In this document: positions 9,828 through 21,449 of the stretch, piece after piece
How positions within the stretch are numbered: the first letter of the stretch is position 1
Layout: each line of letters opens with the position of its first letter
NCBI GenBank assembly: GCA_036867785.1
Contig: CP145419.1
Span: forward strand, 1,178,001-1,206,894
Source: Plasmodiophora brassicae
Taxonomy: Eukaryota
Length of the DNA: 28,894 bases
Direction of reading: 5' to 3'
Translations under genes and position numbers: made by a program
Notes under the pieces: generated by a model
Database searches by the model: none
What the model was told of the DNA's origin: nothing
What the model saw: only the letters and a program-made list of their open reading frames with translations

Positions 9828-12626
9828 ATGGCCGCCCAGCAGCGCGATGCCTGCTCGTCCGGCGACCTGATCTCGCGCGTCCAGGCGCAGGCGTCGTCGA
9901 TCGCGTCGTACTTCTCGGATGTCGAGACGCTGCTGCGGACGATCGCGCAGGCCATGGTCGGCCAGTACGACAACGACCTCCAGGGCGTCCAACAGTACGC
10001 GCGAGTGCCGCCCAGCGCCGACCGCGACCCGTACCGCGCCATTGAATTCGCCAGCATGCTGACCAGCGACCCTGCCCTGGTTCTGAACTACTCGTGCGTC
10101 TACGACCTCGTGCACCCGACGGTACCTTGGCCGCCGAAGACCAGCATCTCGCTGGCGTTCGCCAGGCAGCACAACTGCACGTACGATACGTCCTACCTGC
10201 TGACCGACATCTGTGCCGCCAAGTACCCGCAGTGCCCGAACGCCACCAAGGCGCTCGCCAGCCCGATCCGGGTCCTCGACTGGGCCAGAAACGCGTCCAA
10301 TCCCTGGTGCCCAATCTACTGCCTCAACCCGGCCCGATTCAACAACTCGTACCTGGCCTTCACCGAGGACCTGTCCCGGCCCATGGAGATCATGGGCCCA
10401 CAAGTGTAACGTCCCCCCGATATCGTCGATCGTACGTCCAACCGCGAATCCCACGACCTTGTAGGTCCACGTACTACTACCCGCAAATCGATCTCCTGTA
10501 CTGGGCTTCGACCACGTCCCAGAACCGCGCCGGGTACGTGCAACGTGTCTGGATCGTTGTCGCGACGAGTGCAACCGTGGTGACTCGTTGCGCAGCATCA
10601 CCTTCTATCCCACGAACTGGTACGACGAACTGTCGCCAAGGCATCGCGACATGAACGCGATCGTCCCGCAGCTGTTCTACGCGCAGCGCCCGATGTGGGA
10701 GACGACGCGAGCCGCATTCGAGGTCGGTCCAGCATCGACGGGGCTGTTGCACATTGCTGACTTGTTGGGTCAGGATCCGTACCCGGACGGGTACGGCAAC
10801 GGCATGATGACGACGATGCACTACCCGGTGTACTACCACAGCGAGTACATCGGCGACCTGATGGTCGACCTGCGCCTCACCTCCTTGGGGACGATGACGT
10901 CGGCGTTCTCGCCGAACCGCGACAGTTTCTCCTTCATCACGTCGTACCCGGATCTGGGCATCCTGGCGGCAAACGCCACCGTCTACGACCGGTTCTTCTG
11001 CCCGAGCACGACGAACTGTGACACGGACGGTCACTATGATTTCACCAATGCCATCACGTCGTCGCTCTATGACAGCCCACACAACGTGTCGACCATCACG
11101 GGGAGCCTGGCCACGAAGTCGCCCGCGTTCGACACCGTCCTGTTCGATTCGCGCGCGTTCCACATGTACTCGACGCCGGTGCCCATCCCGAACACCGACT
11201 GGGTCCTGTCGACGCTGGTCCCCGTCGACCAGATCGACCGCGCCGCCATCTGGTCCCTGACGCTATCGCCGCGCTCCATCGTCGTCGACCGCACGTCGCC
11301 CACGAACGTCACGATCGTGGCGATGCTGGAGAACATCGGCCTGCAGCCGGCGCCCTGGCGATCCCACATCAGCGAGACGGCCGTCGGCTCTGTGGCACCC
11401 ACGTATGGTGTGCTCCAATCTGGACAATCGACGCCGTTAACCGTCACCATCACACCGGAGGTGGCGTTCCGGTCGGGGACGTCGCTGGTTCAAGTGTAAG
11501 ACCGACATTACGAAATAGTAGATGTGTCGTCGTCGCCTGACGCTCGTCTTGGGCGTAGGTACGCGTCCGGGCACAACGACGGCGGGTGCTTCCCGAGCTT
11601 GGTGGAGGCGGTCGCGATCGAATACGAGCCGCTGTACATCGCGTTCGCGATCCCGGCGTACCTGACCGGGATCGTGATCGCCAGCTGTGTGGCCGTCGTT
11701 GCCATGCTGGCTGGGACGGCGCTGCTCATCGTTCGCCATCGTCAGTCGACGCGAATCAAAGCGTTTTCGCCGCCGCTGCTGTTGCTGTCGTTGGCCGGCG
11801 CCGTTCTGCTGTCGTCCGCGTCGCTGACCTTTGCGTTCCTGCCTGCGTCCGACCTGTTGTGCCAGTGCCGGTGGTGGATGACGGCGCTAGGCTTTATCGT
11901 GACGTTCGCGCCCCTGTTCATCAAGACGTACCGGATCAACCGCATATTCAACAGCTTGAGCACCCATGTCATCGCGATCCCGAACGCGCTCCTGTACAAG
12001 GGCGTGTCCGTTCTAACCGGTATCGTCATCGTGATCCTGATGGTCGAGACGCTCGACCCGACGTGGAAGTCGGTTCGGGCGGTCGTGCCCGTCCCGTCTA
12101 TCGCGTCGTCGCTACCGGGCTACACGACCACATTGCAGATCTGCACGTCGAATTCGTACGCCGTCGCCGCCATGATCGGGTTCCTGGCTCTCCTGACTAT
12201 CTGGGGAGCCGTCACATCGTGGAAGGTCCGGCACACACCCGGTACGTAATTCGACACATTGCACAGCAGCGACTGTGGCGCGCCAATCGAGCTGACCGTT
12301 GATTGACCCTGCCAGATGCCTTTAACGAAGCGTTCACCCTTTCGGTGTCCATCGTGACCGTGTTGGTTTACGCCGCGATCATGATTCCAGTGCAGATCCT
12401 GAACGACAACAACCCGTTGGTTCTGGTGGTGATCCGCGGCCTCGGCGTCAACGTCGGCATCCTGTTATCGATGGGCGCCTTGTTCTACCCGAAACTGGAA
12501 CTGATCTACCACGGCCGACAGAACGACAAGATCCAGACGGCAACATCAGGGCACGGGCACAAGTCCGGATTCAGCAGGGCAACCGTTGTGGGAGCCGCTG
12601 GCGATTCCGCTGGCGCCCAGAAGTAA
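9828..12626 (+). CDS. class C-type (7tm_3) GPCR with extracellular dCache-like sensor and Ig-like spacer; start codon uncertain
   Basis: Cache-like DPYPDGYGNGMMTTMHYPVY..IGDLMVDLRL and TDWVLSTLVP. Ig/MSP-like LENIG..P.W..VAPTYGVLQSGQS..LTVTI. Class C motifs IKAFSP, LCQCRWW..GF..LFIKTYRINRIFN, KVRHTP|DAFNE and LFYPKL. Introns 10406-10464, 10534-10595, 11496-11558, 12242-12315. Confidence 0.88.
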
Positions 12627-13183
12627 CAAATTCCCGATATGTTCGCTAGCGTTCATTCTTGATACTGTATTTATGCATTAGGATATTCCCCACCTTCTCC
12701 GACTGATAAATAGACAATACGGCGCGGCCGTTGCCGTTCTTGGTATAAACGAGGGCTGGCGGGTCCATGACGTACAAGGTAGGTCAGCTGCCGTACGTAA
12801 TTGTCCATAACCCGGGAAATCAACAAATCGACCTGTCGCGCCGCGCCTGCTTGAGTGCCAACGTTCTTGTACCCGGTGTCGTAAACTGACGACGCTTCCG
12901 GCGATGTGCACGACGTCGTGCGACCCAGAGGAATCTTTTGACGGATTGGGCACCCGTGCGCGCAGCGCTCTGCCCGCGCCGCCTTGTTCGCTTAGACGAT
13001 GGCGGGTGGCTCGACGACCGTAGGTCTCGCGCTCTTGCCAGGCAGCTGCCTCCGTTTGTCGGTATCCTGATCGTTACACTGGCCAGCGACCGTCGTGCTG
13101 GAGTTCAGTGTCGTTCAACTCGTCGTTGTCGACCGATGACCACATCAAGCAACGTGATCTGCATCCGTTCGCGTGCTAGGCGG

Positions 13184-13596
13184 TGTGCGCTCCCTGGATC
13201 CGTGCCAGGCCTCGTGCTGCACCTGTTGGCGTCATGTCGTCGTCCTCCTGCTCATCATGAGGCGCCTTGTTAAAGAACTTTCTGGCCAACGCCAAGGCTG
13301 CCGCTGGCCTCAGCAGCAAGGCACCAGGGGCAGAACATCGCTTCAAACGAGCGCCGACCGGCATGATCAGCGGAGACGGGCCGAAATTCCGTTTCTTGGA
13401 CATTTTGTGGTCCCGAATGAAAGAGATTCCGCACAACCCATTTGGGATTGCGGTGATCATGCCGGTCGGCGCTCGTTTAAAGCGATGTTCTGCCCCTGGT
13501 TCCTTGCCGCCGATGCCAGCGGCAGCCTTGGCGTTGGCCAGAAAGTCCTTAATCACTGCAGGTTCAAAGCACACGTCGTTGATCTGACAGTACATG
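13184..13596. repeat. 413-bp dispersed direct repeat, copy 1; contains a long inverted repeat (arms 13273-13369 / 13454-13550)
   Basis: Matches 26761-27173 with 2 substitutions seen. The internal 97-nt arms differ at 6 positions and flank an 84-nt loop. Confidence 0.95.
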
Positions 13597-14022
13597 CACG
13601 TACTCCGCTTCGTCTCGTCGAAGGGCCATTGCACGGCGTTAACTGTTGGCGATGCCCTGACTGCGGAATAAGTTCAAGAATCCTTGGTAAATTGCGACAT
13701 TCCTCGCTTTGTCAGCACCTGCCTGGAGAGCCTGATTCGTTCTATATTGCCTGCATCAGATACAAAACAGGTCTGAGTTCAGAGTGACATTGGCGTGAAG
13801 ACGCTGCAACGTACCCCTGAAACAGCTCTTTCGTCTTCTCCACGAGATCGTTTCTTTGTTGGTTTTCACGTGCCTGGTGCCAGGTCGCCGGCAGGTACGC
13901 CTGTATGGCAGGCGGGATTTCAGGCATGGGACACACGCGTTCGTACTGGGTATAAGATGCACTGTCCATGCGAACTCTTATACCCAGTACCAACGCGCGT
14001 GTGCAATGCCTAAAATATGACA

Positions 14023-14345
14023 TCACGCGACAGGCCACTGTAAACCATCGGTTTCTTGCTCATGTTGCTCGTCATCGGAGCCACTTTCGACGATCGGGTC
14101 AGTGTGGCCGTTTGGTTTCTTCGGGACCGAAGCGACACCCTCCTTCCTCGATGCAGCGCGTTTCGTTGCTGCCGATGCGGCGGCGCCCTTCTTCGTCTTC
14201 AACGCCACGGCACCGGTCTTCTTTGATACGACGCGCTTCTTTGAAGTCGATGCAGCGGTGCCCTTCTTCGCCGTCAACACCGTGGAGCCATTCCTGGTCG
14301 TCGACTCGACAGCGCCCCTTCTGGTCGTCAACTGGGCTCACCACT
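14023..14345 (-). pseudogene. Lys/Ala-rich low-complexity coding fragment (histone H1-tail-like) followed by an acidic patch
   Basis: KKGTAASTSKKRVVSKKTGAVALKTKKGAAASAATKRAASRKE...ESGSDDEQHEQE. There is an in-frame stop just upstream and no ATG. Confidence 0.35.
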
Positions 14346-14432
14346 GTGGCAGAGGCCGCATCAGCGAAGTTGTCGCCAACGACCCGATTCCCGGATTAGC
14401 AACGCGAAGATCACTATGTAGGTGGCTGCTGC

Positions 14433-14891
14433 ATGATGTTGGTGAACGTGATCTTGGTGACTTGCTCGGTCAGCGTTTTTCTAGCGCCCGTGCAGGCAGG
14501 TGGCGACGGCGACGTCGGCCGGAATAGTGACATGAGTGATGCCGAGTACTACAAAGATCAGCTGATGCGTCCAATTGACTTTGGTGCCGTCGTCAACGCC
14601 GCCGTGGCCGCTCAGGAGTACAACATCTGGTCGTGGCAGGATCTGCTCGACAAGGGCGACGCGGATGCGATCAAGTTGCGCATCCTGCAATGGGCGCCGA
14701 GCATGAGCCATCCGGAGATGCTCGAATCGGGGCTTCCCCTCCTTGATGGTGTTATCACAGCGACGGACAAGCTGGATGATGACAGCGCCCTGCATCTGGT
14801 CGAAATCATTATGGACAACGTCAAGCCAATTAGGTGGGCCGGCTATGATGCCGAAACGGTGCGTCGCGCATGCATGCACGGGAATCGCTGA
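14433..14891 (+). CDS. small secreted protein, candidate effector (may splice at ~14859 to a further exon)
   Basis: Signal-peptide-like MMLVNVILVTCSVSVFLAPVQA|G followed by a soluble helical-looking region. A GTGCGT donor-like site lies at 14859. Confidence 0.65.
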   Translation: MMLVNVILVTCSVSVFLAPVQAGGDGDVGRNSDMSDAEYYKDQLMRPIDFGAVVNAAVAAQEYNIWSWQDLLDKGDADAIKLRILQWAPSMSHPEMLESGLPLLDGVITATDKLDDDSALHLVEIIMDNVKPIRWAGYDAETVRRACMHGNR

Positions 14892-15619
14892 AGAATCCCG
14901 CCCGAGTATCCTCGGAGCCCTGCGTGCTATACTGTACGTCCAGCCTCCTGGCGATACGGATCGGTTGACGCCGGATCTGCCCGGTTAACATCCACCTTCA
15001 CCTCCGACCAGCAGTGTCCCCTCGCCAGTACTCAATTCCTGTGGGCGAAAGTGGAAAGCGTCCCCTGACTGTGCGGATTCTCGCGACTGATGTATCCTCT
15101 GTGCGCTCTATGTCGCCAGATTTGTGTTCTGTGTTCCGTTGATATCAATACGAGTACTTGTTATGTTTGATGTGGACTCATGATTGCAAGCACGTAAGGC
15201 ATCGCCATTGTAGGTCCTGCGTAGCAGCGTAGGTAGTTGTTGCCTGGAGGTCGGCACGGTTGCCTGGCGGGGGCCCGGAGGTCCACTTTGATATCACCTG
15301 GACGCAAGCGATCTATGGCCGCCCAAGTCTCTAACACAATGTACATAGCGCGCAGCAGACCGTTTTGTCCGTACAATGAGCATGTTGATATGCTTGAAGA
15401 GATTGGGGATATGGAGGATGAACCCTCCCGTTACACAGTCGCATGCGTCAGATGATGCCTCTGCAAACTGCTGTTCACCGAGAACGCTTTCGCACACGGG
15501 AACGGCCTGCTCGGGGTCGGTTCAGTGCAAGTTCCGGGCGCGGACGACCCGGACGCCCTAGCGCCCGATTTAGACCGAGGCATCGCCCGCCTGCAAACTT
15601 GATTTTTCGCAGGCGGTCC

Positions 15620-16200
15620 CGGTGTCGTGCGGCGGTGCGGTCGTCTGGGCGGATGGCGGTGCGATGCACCCAACGCGCGCTATACACCATGGAGCGTGCG
15701 CCCTCCTCCGACGCCTCCTGCAGGATGCGACGATGCGCATGCCGGATGGAGGGCGGTATACGTCGTGGACGTGGACGCCGCTCAACGTGAAGCAGGCGCC
15801 GACTCCATGGTGGGCGTCGTTCGACGGCGCGACCGACGACCCGACGACGCTGTCCGTCGCCAACGCCGCCCACTGCATCGTCGTACACGGCCGCCCGACA
15901 TGCCGTTGCGTCCGGCTTCGCACGTCGCGGGTTGCCGACGCCCTGCCGCGCCTGTCTGCCCTGCCATCCGGGGGAACGCACTGCACCTCCGTAACCGGTA
16001 CGATTCTTCGCCTAACACACAGAGCCAGGCCCTCTAATACGTGCTGGATAGGGCGCGCTTGCCGTCTCCCGTCCAGCGCGAGCACCTGCAAGGCAACAGT
16101 CGTCCTGCGTAGGCGGAGCTGGGCGGGGACAACGTCGTGCCGACCTGCTCCTCAGCTGTGGCGGCGCGCCGATCGTTGCTGTCGGTCGCGCGCGGCGACA
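15620..16200 (+). pseudogene. decayed Skp1/POZ-like + ankyrin-repeat gene relic, copy A
   Basis: Mixed frames give VVWADGGAMH...CALLRRLLQD, VDVDAAQREA, TLSVANAAHCIVVHG (cf. Skp1 AANYLdi) and GNALHL (ankyrin G.TaLH). DNA similarity to 23150-23860 (-) and 27290-27604 (+). Confidence 0.5.
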
Positions 16201-16299
16201 AGCGTGGACATCGGAATGAATATTGAAGCTCGAGATGGTGCATATCCCCCCGGCGCCACTGGGCCGTCGTCCGGGACCATGATCAGCTGGCCGCTGCTG

Positions 16300-17180
16300 A
16301 TCCATATCGAGGTATTCCTGATTCGGCAATGGCCTGCTCTTTGGTGGGTCAACGACTGGCATCGCTTCGTCCATCACACCTGCCCGAGTGAACTAATGCG
16401 CCACGATGTCCCAACTCGTACGCGACATGGGACCGTTGCTCGTCGAACCTGTCCAATTCGGCCACCTTTCAATGCTGCTATCGGCCGTTCGGGCCGATCT
16501 CCAGAAAGGCCCTCACCGCCGCGAGCTCTTCGCTAGCCTGCCCAGGTCGCTACGGGAGTGGGGTGAGCGTCTAACAGGTCGTCCAGAAGTGCGTCGCAGA
16601 GATCGATAAGTGCATTGACTTCTGCTACAATTTGCCCAATCAACTCATTTGTCAGCGTTCGGAACTGGTGACGAATATGTCGTTTCGAGCCTCTTGCCTG
16701 CAGGCCCCAGAAAGTTGCCAACGACCACTGTCGGCACGTGCATGATGGAGCTGTCGCTTCCCAAGTGCTTCGCGGATAATCTGGGCCTGTAGGCACGAGG
16801 CGTGTAACGACATATTCGTCACCAGCTCCGAACGCTGACAGATGGGTCCATTTGCCAAATTATAGCAGAAGTAAATCCGCTGATCGACCTCGGCGACGCA
16901 CTTGTGGACGACCTACTCATCCAGCGGACCACCTCCTTAGCGCCTGGGCAGGCTAGCGAAGAGCTTCGGTGCGGGCCTTTCTGGAGATCGGATCGAACGG
17001 CAGATGGCAACATCGACAGATGGCAGAATTGACAGGATCCACGAGAAACGATCCCATGTCGCGGAGACGCTGGGATATTGTTACACAGTAATCGACTCGG
17101 GCCGGAGTAATGGAGGAAGTGATGGCGGTCGTTGACCCACCAAAATCTGTTAGGTCGTCAGCCGAACGTATCAGCGGGAA
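16300..17180. repeat. diverged inverted repeat (~400-bp arms, ~70-bp spacer) of an unknown coding fragment
   Basis: 16339-16710 aligns to the reverse complement of ~16780-17145. Shared blocks include ccgatctccagaaaggccc, gctcttcgctagcctgcccagg and gtcagcgttcgga.ctggtgacgaatatgtcgtt. Confidence 0.9.
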
Positions 17181-17750
17181 GACCCATCTGTACATTGCTG
17201 ACCTGCCGATGCCGTAATCCATGAGCAGCGATACGACAGCGGCCCAATGGGATTGTCAAGAAACAAGTCATTGATAACCGGTGCCTTACCGTGCACAGTA
17301 ACGCAGGCTATACAGTCGAGGTCCCAGAAACCTTCACTGTTGGACAGAAGCCAATCATATTCGATGAGGCGCCCACGCCCTGTTTCAACTCCAAACGCCT
17401 CGCTGCGTAGGTCCTCCAGATCTTCGATCTGGAGAATCCTGGTCGGAGTTCGGCTGCGGAATTCCTGCATATCAACGACCGTTTGTGGGAGCGTATCGCG
17501 CGCGCATGACACTCGCCAGAAACAACCACCCTGCATTGTACGGTTCCGAAGAGGTGCCGAAATCGACAGCGTAGGCCACACCTGAAATGCCGAGTAGGCG
17601 TCATCGTATTCGCTGAGGCCGTAGTCCAGCAGTAGATGGGCCACGTAGATGAGCGCACGATCAAGGAGGTCTCGTCTTAATGCACATGGACCTGTACAGG
17701 ATCCCAGGAACCAGGTTGGGTCGCGTTTCCGTCCGCGCGTACACGACCAT
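16780..17750 (-). pseudogene. frameshifted relic of an unknown protein family
   Basis: Consecutive protein-like frames (LLDRALIYVAHLLLDYGLSEY...; MYRWVFPLIRS...RLRDMGSFLVDP; PICQRSELVTNMSLHASCLQ) are interrupted by frameshifts. A paralogous fragment lies on the opposite strand. Confidence 0.45.
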
Positions 17751-18779
17751 CTGATAGAGATGCTGTCGCAGATGGTTATCTCCCTGCACTACTTGTTGCC
17801 ATCGGACTCGTGCCAGCTGGTGCACGCACGTGACTCCGGCCGGACAGCGTTCGAGCGCACATTAGCGCTCGCCAGCGACATAAATCGCAACGGTCACGCT
17901 CCCGATGTTAACGGTTACGTACACGAGCGCGTTAGACACGTCGCGGCGTTCATCGGACGACGTTGCAACAATATCGGACGTCGTTGATGGCACAACGAAT
18001 CAACTAGTCCTTACGTCGGCGTTGAAACCGCGATGGACTCGCGTGCTGCTGTCATGATTCGGCGTTGTGTTAAGACAGGGAGACGATACAATACTGGTTC
18101 GACGCGTTCGCGCTGGTCAGAAATTCGCCTGACGCTGAAGGGGCGAAATCGTCGCGCCCGCCTGGCACCGCCTCCCGACACGGCCAGCGTTGTGGCGCGT
18201 ACTCCACGATGGCCATACCTGCTCTCGCCGCTGCGACGCATCCGGCAATCATGCGCCAGCACGAGTGCCTTCGCAGGGTACGTCGATCGTATTGCCCGGA
18301 TGAAGCTCGACCTTGTCGCTGATCAGGACCTTGACCGAGGCACGTACGGTGATCGTTCGAGTACGTGCCTGCCGCTGAGTCCGACCTGCTCGTCTTATTC
18401 TCGAGGTCGTCAGCAGCGTCGTCGAGCCGGGCGCCATGCTCGATGCCGAGCGCGGTGCCGTTATCGTACTCCTGCTGCTCCCGAATTTCCAGCTTGTGCA
18501 CCCCGGCCCCTCGCTGTCACGGACGTCGTTGGGCATCGGGCATTAGCAGTCGACGCCGTTGACTAGCACGTTCTGCTGCTGGTTGTCGGACCATATCGCT
18601 GTCACGTTCGTGCTGCTGGTGGACGATATCGACGACGGTTCCCGCCGTATCCATCCACCTTTGATATTGCCCAACCGTGTAGGTGGGCGGCGCTCTTGGG
18701 CCCGTCATGCTTTCACGAGCAACGGGACAAAGTTTGGCTGGGATCGGTGCCGTCGGAAAACAGGGGCACAGAGTCGTTC

Positions 18780-19880
18780 GTCTGGACAGAACCATGACGT
18801 CCAGGGCGACACCGGGGATGCCGTTCGTGTCGTCATACCCCGCGTCTCACTCATTCGCAGCCGGCGAACGCCTCCGTATGCAGGTCATGGCGGCCGACTT
18901 CAGCCTTGACCAGGCAATGTCTTCGTATGACGACGCCACGTAGGATCCACCTGGTCGACCATATCGTCGATGACGGACTGCATGGATGGTGCTCCCCGTC
19001 GAGCAGATTGACCGCGCCGCCATCTGGTCCCTGATGCTATCGCATCGCTCCATCGTCGTCGATCGCACGTCGCCCACGAACGTACCGATCGTGGCGATGC
19101 TGGAGAACATCGGCCTGCAGCCGGCGCCCTGGCGATCCCACATCAGCGAGACGGCCGCTCGTTCTGTGGCACCCACGTATGGTTTGCTCCAATCTGGACA
19201 ATCGGCGCCTTTGATCATCACCATCCCACCGGAGGCGGCGTACCTGTCGGCGACGTCGCTGGTTCAAGTGTACAGTATGTACCGCTTTGCGAAACATTTG
19301 ACGTCGCCTGACGCACGTCTTGAGCGCAGGTACGCGTCCGGGCATAACGACGGCGCGGCGGGTGCTTCCCGAGCTTGGTGGAGAAGGTCGCGATCGAATA
19401 CGATCGAGCCGAGCGGTGCGCCGCCATAGGCCGGCCATGTGCTAGCAGACATCATGCTGATCGCTGTCAGCGTGCTCGTAAGGGCAGCGGCATCGTCCCA
19501 CGCGCTAACGCTCCAGCCAGCAGATGGGCGTAGGAACGCCTGCACTGTCCTTGTGTTTTACATCGAACCCTCCTGCCTGCTGCGAAACATCTTGCAGATG
19601 CGGGTCTGGTCGTACTGGACGAACGCCCAACCTGACGCATTCGCATCGGTGCCAATGCTCGTTACCGACGTCGACAATGTAGAGGCGACCAGCGCATAAC
19701 TGTCTGGCCATTTAGTCACAATGACGTCGGACAGGCAAGCGTGAAGCAGAACCCGGCGGCAGTCGCCCCATCGCCTACCGTCGACCATTGCTCTGTTCAC
19801 CTTCATCGCTCTCGTCTGCATCATCGTGTTTGACCTTGTTCCCAAATTGCATTTCGTCGTGGCAACCGCAGGATTGTTAC
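18780..19880 (+). pseudogene. decayed paralog of the dCache-class C GPCR
   Basis: 18990-19400 is highly similar to 11218-11630, including the intron position. Diverged flanks keep FVSSYP..ANAS (cf. FITSYP..ANAT), SYWTNAQPDAF (cf. SWKVRHTPDAF) and LVPKL (cf. FYPKL). Stops, frameshifts and loss of TM1-3. Confidence 0.85.
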
Positions 19881-20869
19881 GACTGGAACGCGGTCTGCGG
19901 CCGGTAGTGGTTTGGCAGGATGACAGCCATAATTCATGGCCCATGGCAGATCAGACAAGACGAGCGCCGAAACGTGCCGCGCGAATGCCTTTCATTCAGT
20001 GCCGCCAACGACACTGTCCTGCTCTGTCGAAACATCATTCCACTTATGATTGTTCGACGACAACATCGGCCGACCTGTTCGCATGCCGTTTGGGCAGTGT
20101 GCAATCCTGGCCGGTCACCGGGCCGGGTTTGCGTCGTTTGTGGGCGAACCGAATAATCGTCATTCGTATCCGCGTTGAAGCGAACTTCAAGCAGGTATTA
20201 CTCATGTTGCTGATGGATAGTCATCAGGCATCCTCCAGATGTTCATCGTTGCGGATGACGCGGTCGCTCCACGTGTCGCCGAATGCCGAGTTGGAGCGTC
20301 CAGGGGGTCGTACACGCCCATCATATTGCTACGGCTTGGCCTGCTGTCCATGCTGGCGTACGCGTCTTCTTCATGCAGGCCTGGAATCGGTCCTTGTTGT
20401 TCCGCGGATGGTCAGTCTTCACCAGCCGCTTCATAGCGACCGCCAGTACAGACTCCGGTACGTCAGATTCGCAATGCTCATCGATCTCCACCTTCCCGTC
20501 AGAGCGCTGTGCTGTTCGGCCTGGAACGACAGCGGCCAGCGGCGCCCCGCACGAACAAGATCTACGTGGTTGGAGAGGTTGGTTCCCAAAGTCTGCCAGT
20601 ACACCATGCTGTCTTTATGGGGAGTTAAAGAGGTAAGAATACACTTAGTGAAAATTATTGCGACAATGTAACGTATTTCATTCCTGAAAATCTATAGAGA
20701 AAGAAATCCAATTGTTGGCCCAGTAGCTCTCGAAATATATATTGAGGCTAGTTTGTCTTCTTTATAGGATATGCTTCCCAATTAGCGCCGCGATCACGAT
20801 CCCGCCGACCGTGATTAGCAGCTGTGGAACGGTTGGGCACAATCGTCGCCAAAATCCTGTTCAAGACTG

Positions 20870-21160
20870 TCACCAAGCCGCCTGATAGAACTCAGCCTGT
20901 AGGGTACTGAAACCGGCCGCGTACAGGACCGTACCTTCCGCGGGTGCGGTCTGGCGATATGTTTGCCATGCAGCCAACGCCTTCGCGCTCGAGGCTTCAG
21001 CTCGCTTGTAGTGCTGCAACAGTGCCGGGAGTCGGGGATCGTTGGGGTCAGCCATGAGCGCGTCCATGTATGCTTGCTCACGGGCACGCTCTTCGCCGAT
21101 GCATTGAAAGTAGTGCTCACTCAGCTGCTTCTCGACATCGTGATGCAGCGGGAGAGACAT
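20870..21160 (-). CDS. hypothetical small helical protein (96 aa)
   Basis: ATG 21160, MSLPLHHDVEKQLSEHYFQCIGEERAREQAYMDALM...FYQAAW*. Coding-like composition with an AT-rich region downstream. Confidence 0.45.
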   Translation of the reverse strand: MSLPLHHDVEKQLSEHYFQCIGEERAREQAYMDALMADPNDPRLPALLQHYKRAEASSAKALAAWQTYRQTAPAEGTVLYAAGFSTLQAEFYQAAW

Positions 21161-21449
21161 CAAACCAACACCAGCCGCACGACAGACAGGTGACAAGTGA
21201 CAACGCGTGAAGCAAGGCAAGGATCGGAACCAAAAAACGAGGGGCACGGATCCCTGTTTTTCACGCGATTGATTGGCTCAACGCCGCCGCCGAGGCGCAC
21301 CACTGCGGCAGCGGAATGCCCAGGCTGCTTTCCCAGCGAACTGCGATTCGTACTGCGACGTCGTACACTGCCGTCCGATATCCATTTGTCTTCGGCACCG
21401 TACGGCACAAGTCGTTCAGGCCCCGATGCATCTGCCTGCGCCGTCCGCG

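Noticed and set aside
13270-13552. piggyBac MITE call based on flanking TTAA
   Set aside because: The ends lack the CCY terminus, the TTAA sites are offset by one base relative to the arms, and the duplicated unit extends beyond them.
19826-20671. 281-aa ORF, and the Arg/Pro-rich 200-300 aa ORFs at 21316-23352
   Set aside because: Non-ATG starts and composition typical of non-coding frames; better explained as decayed gene relics.
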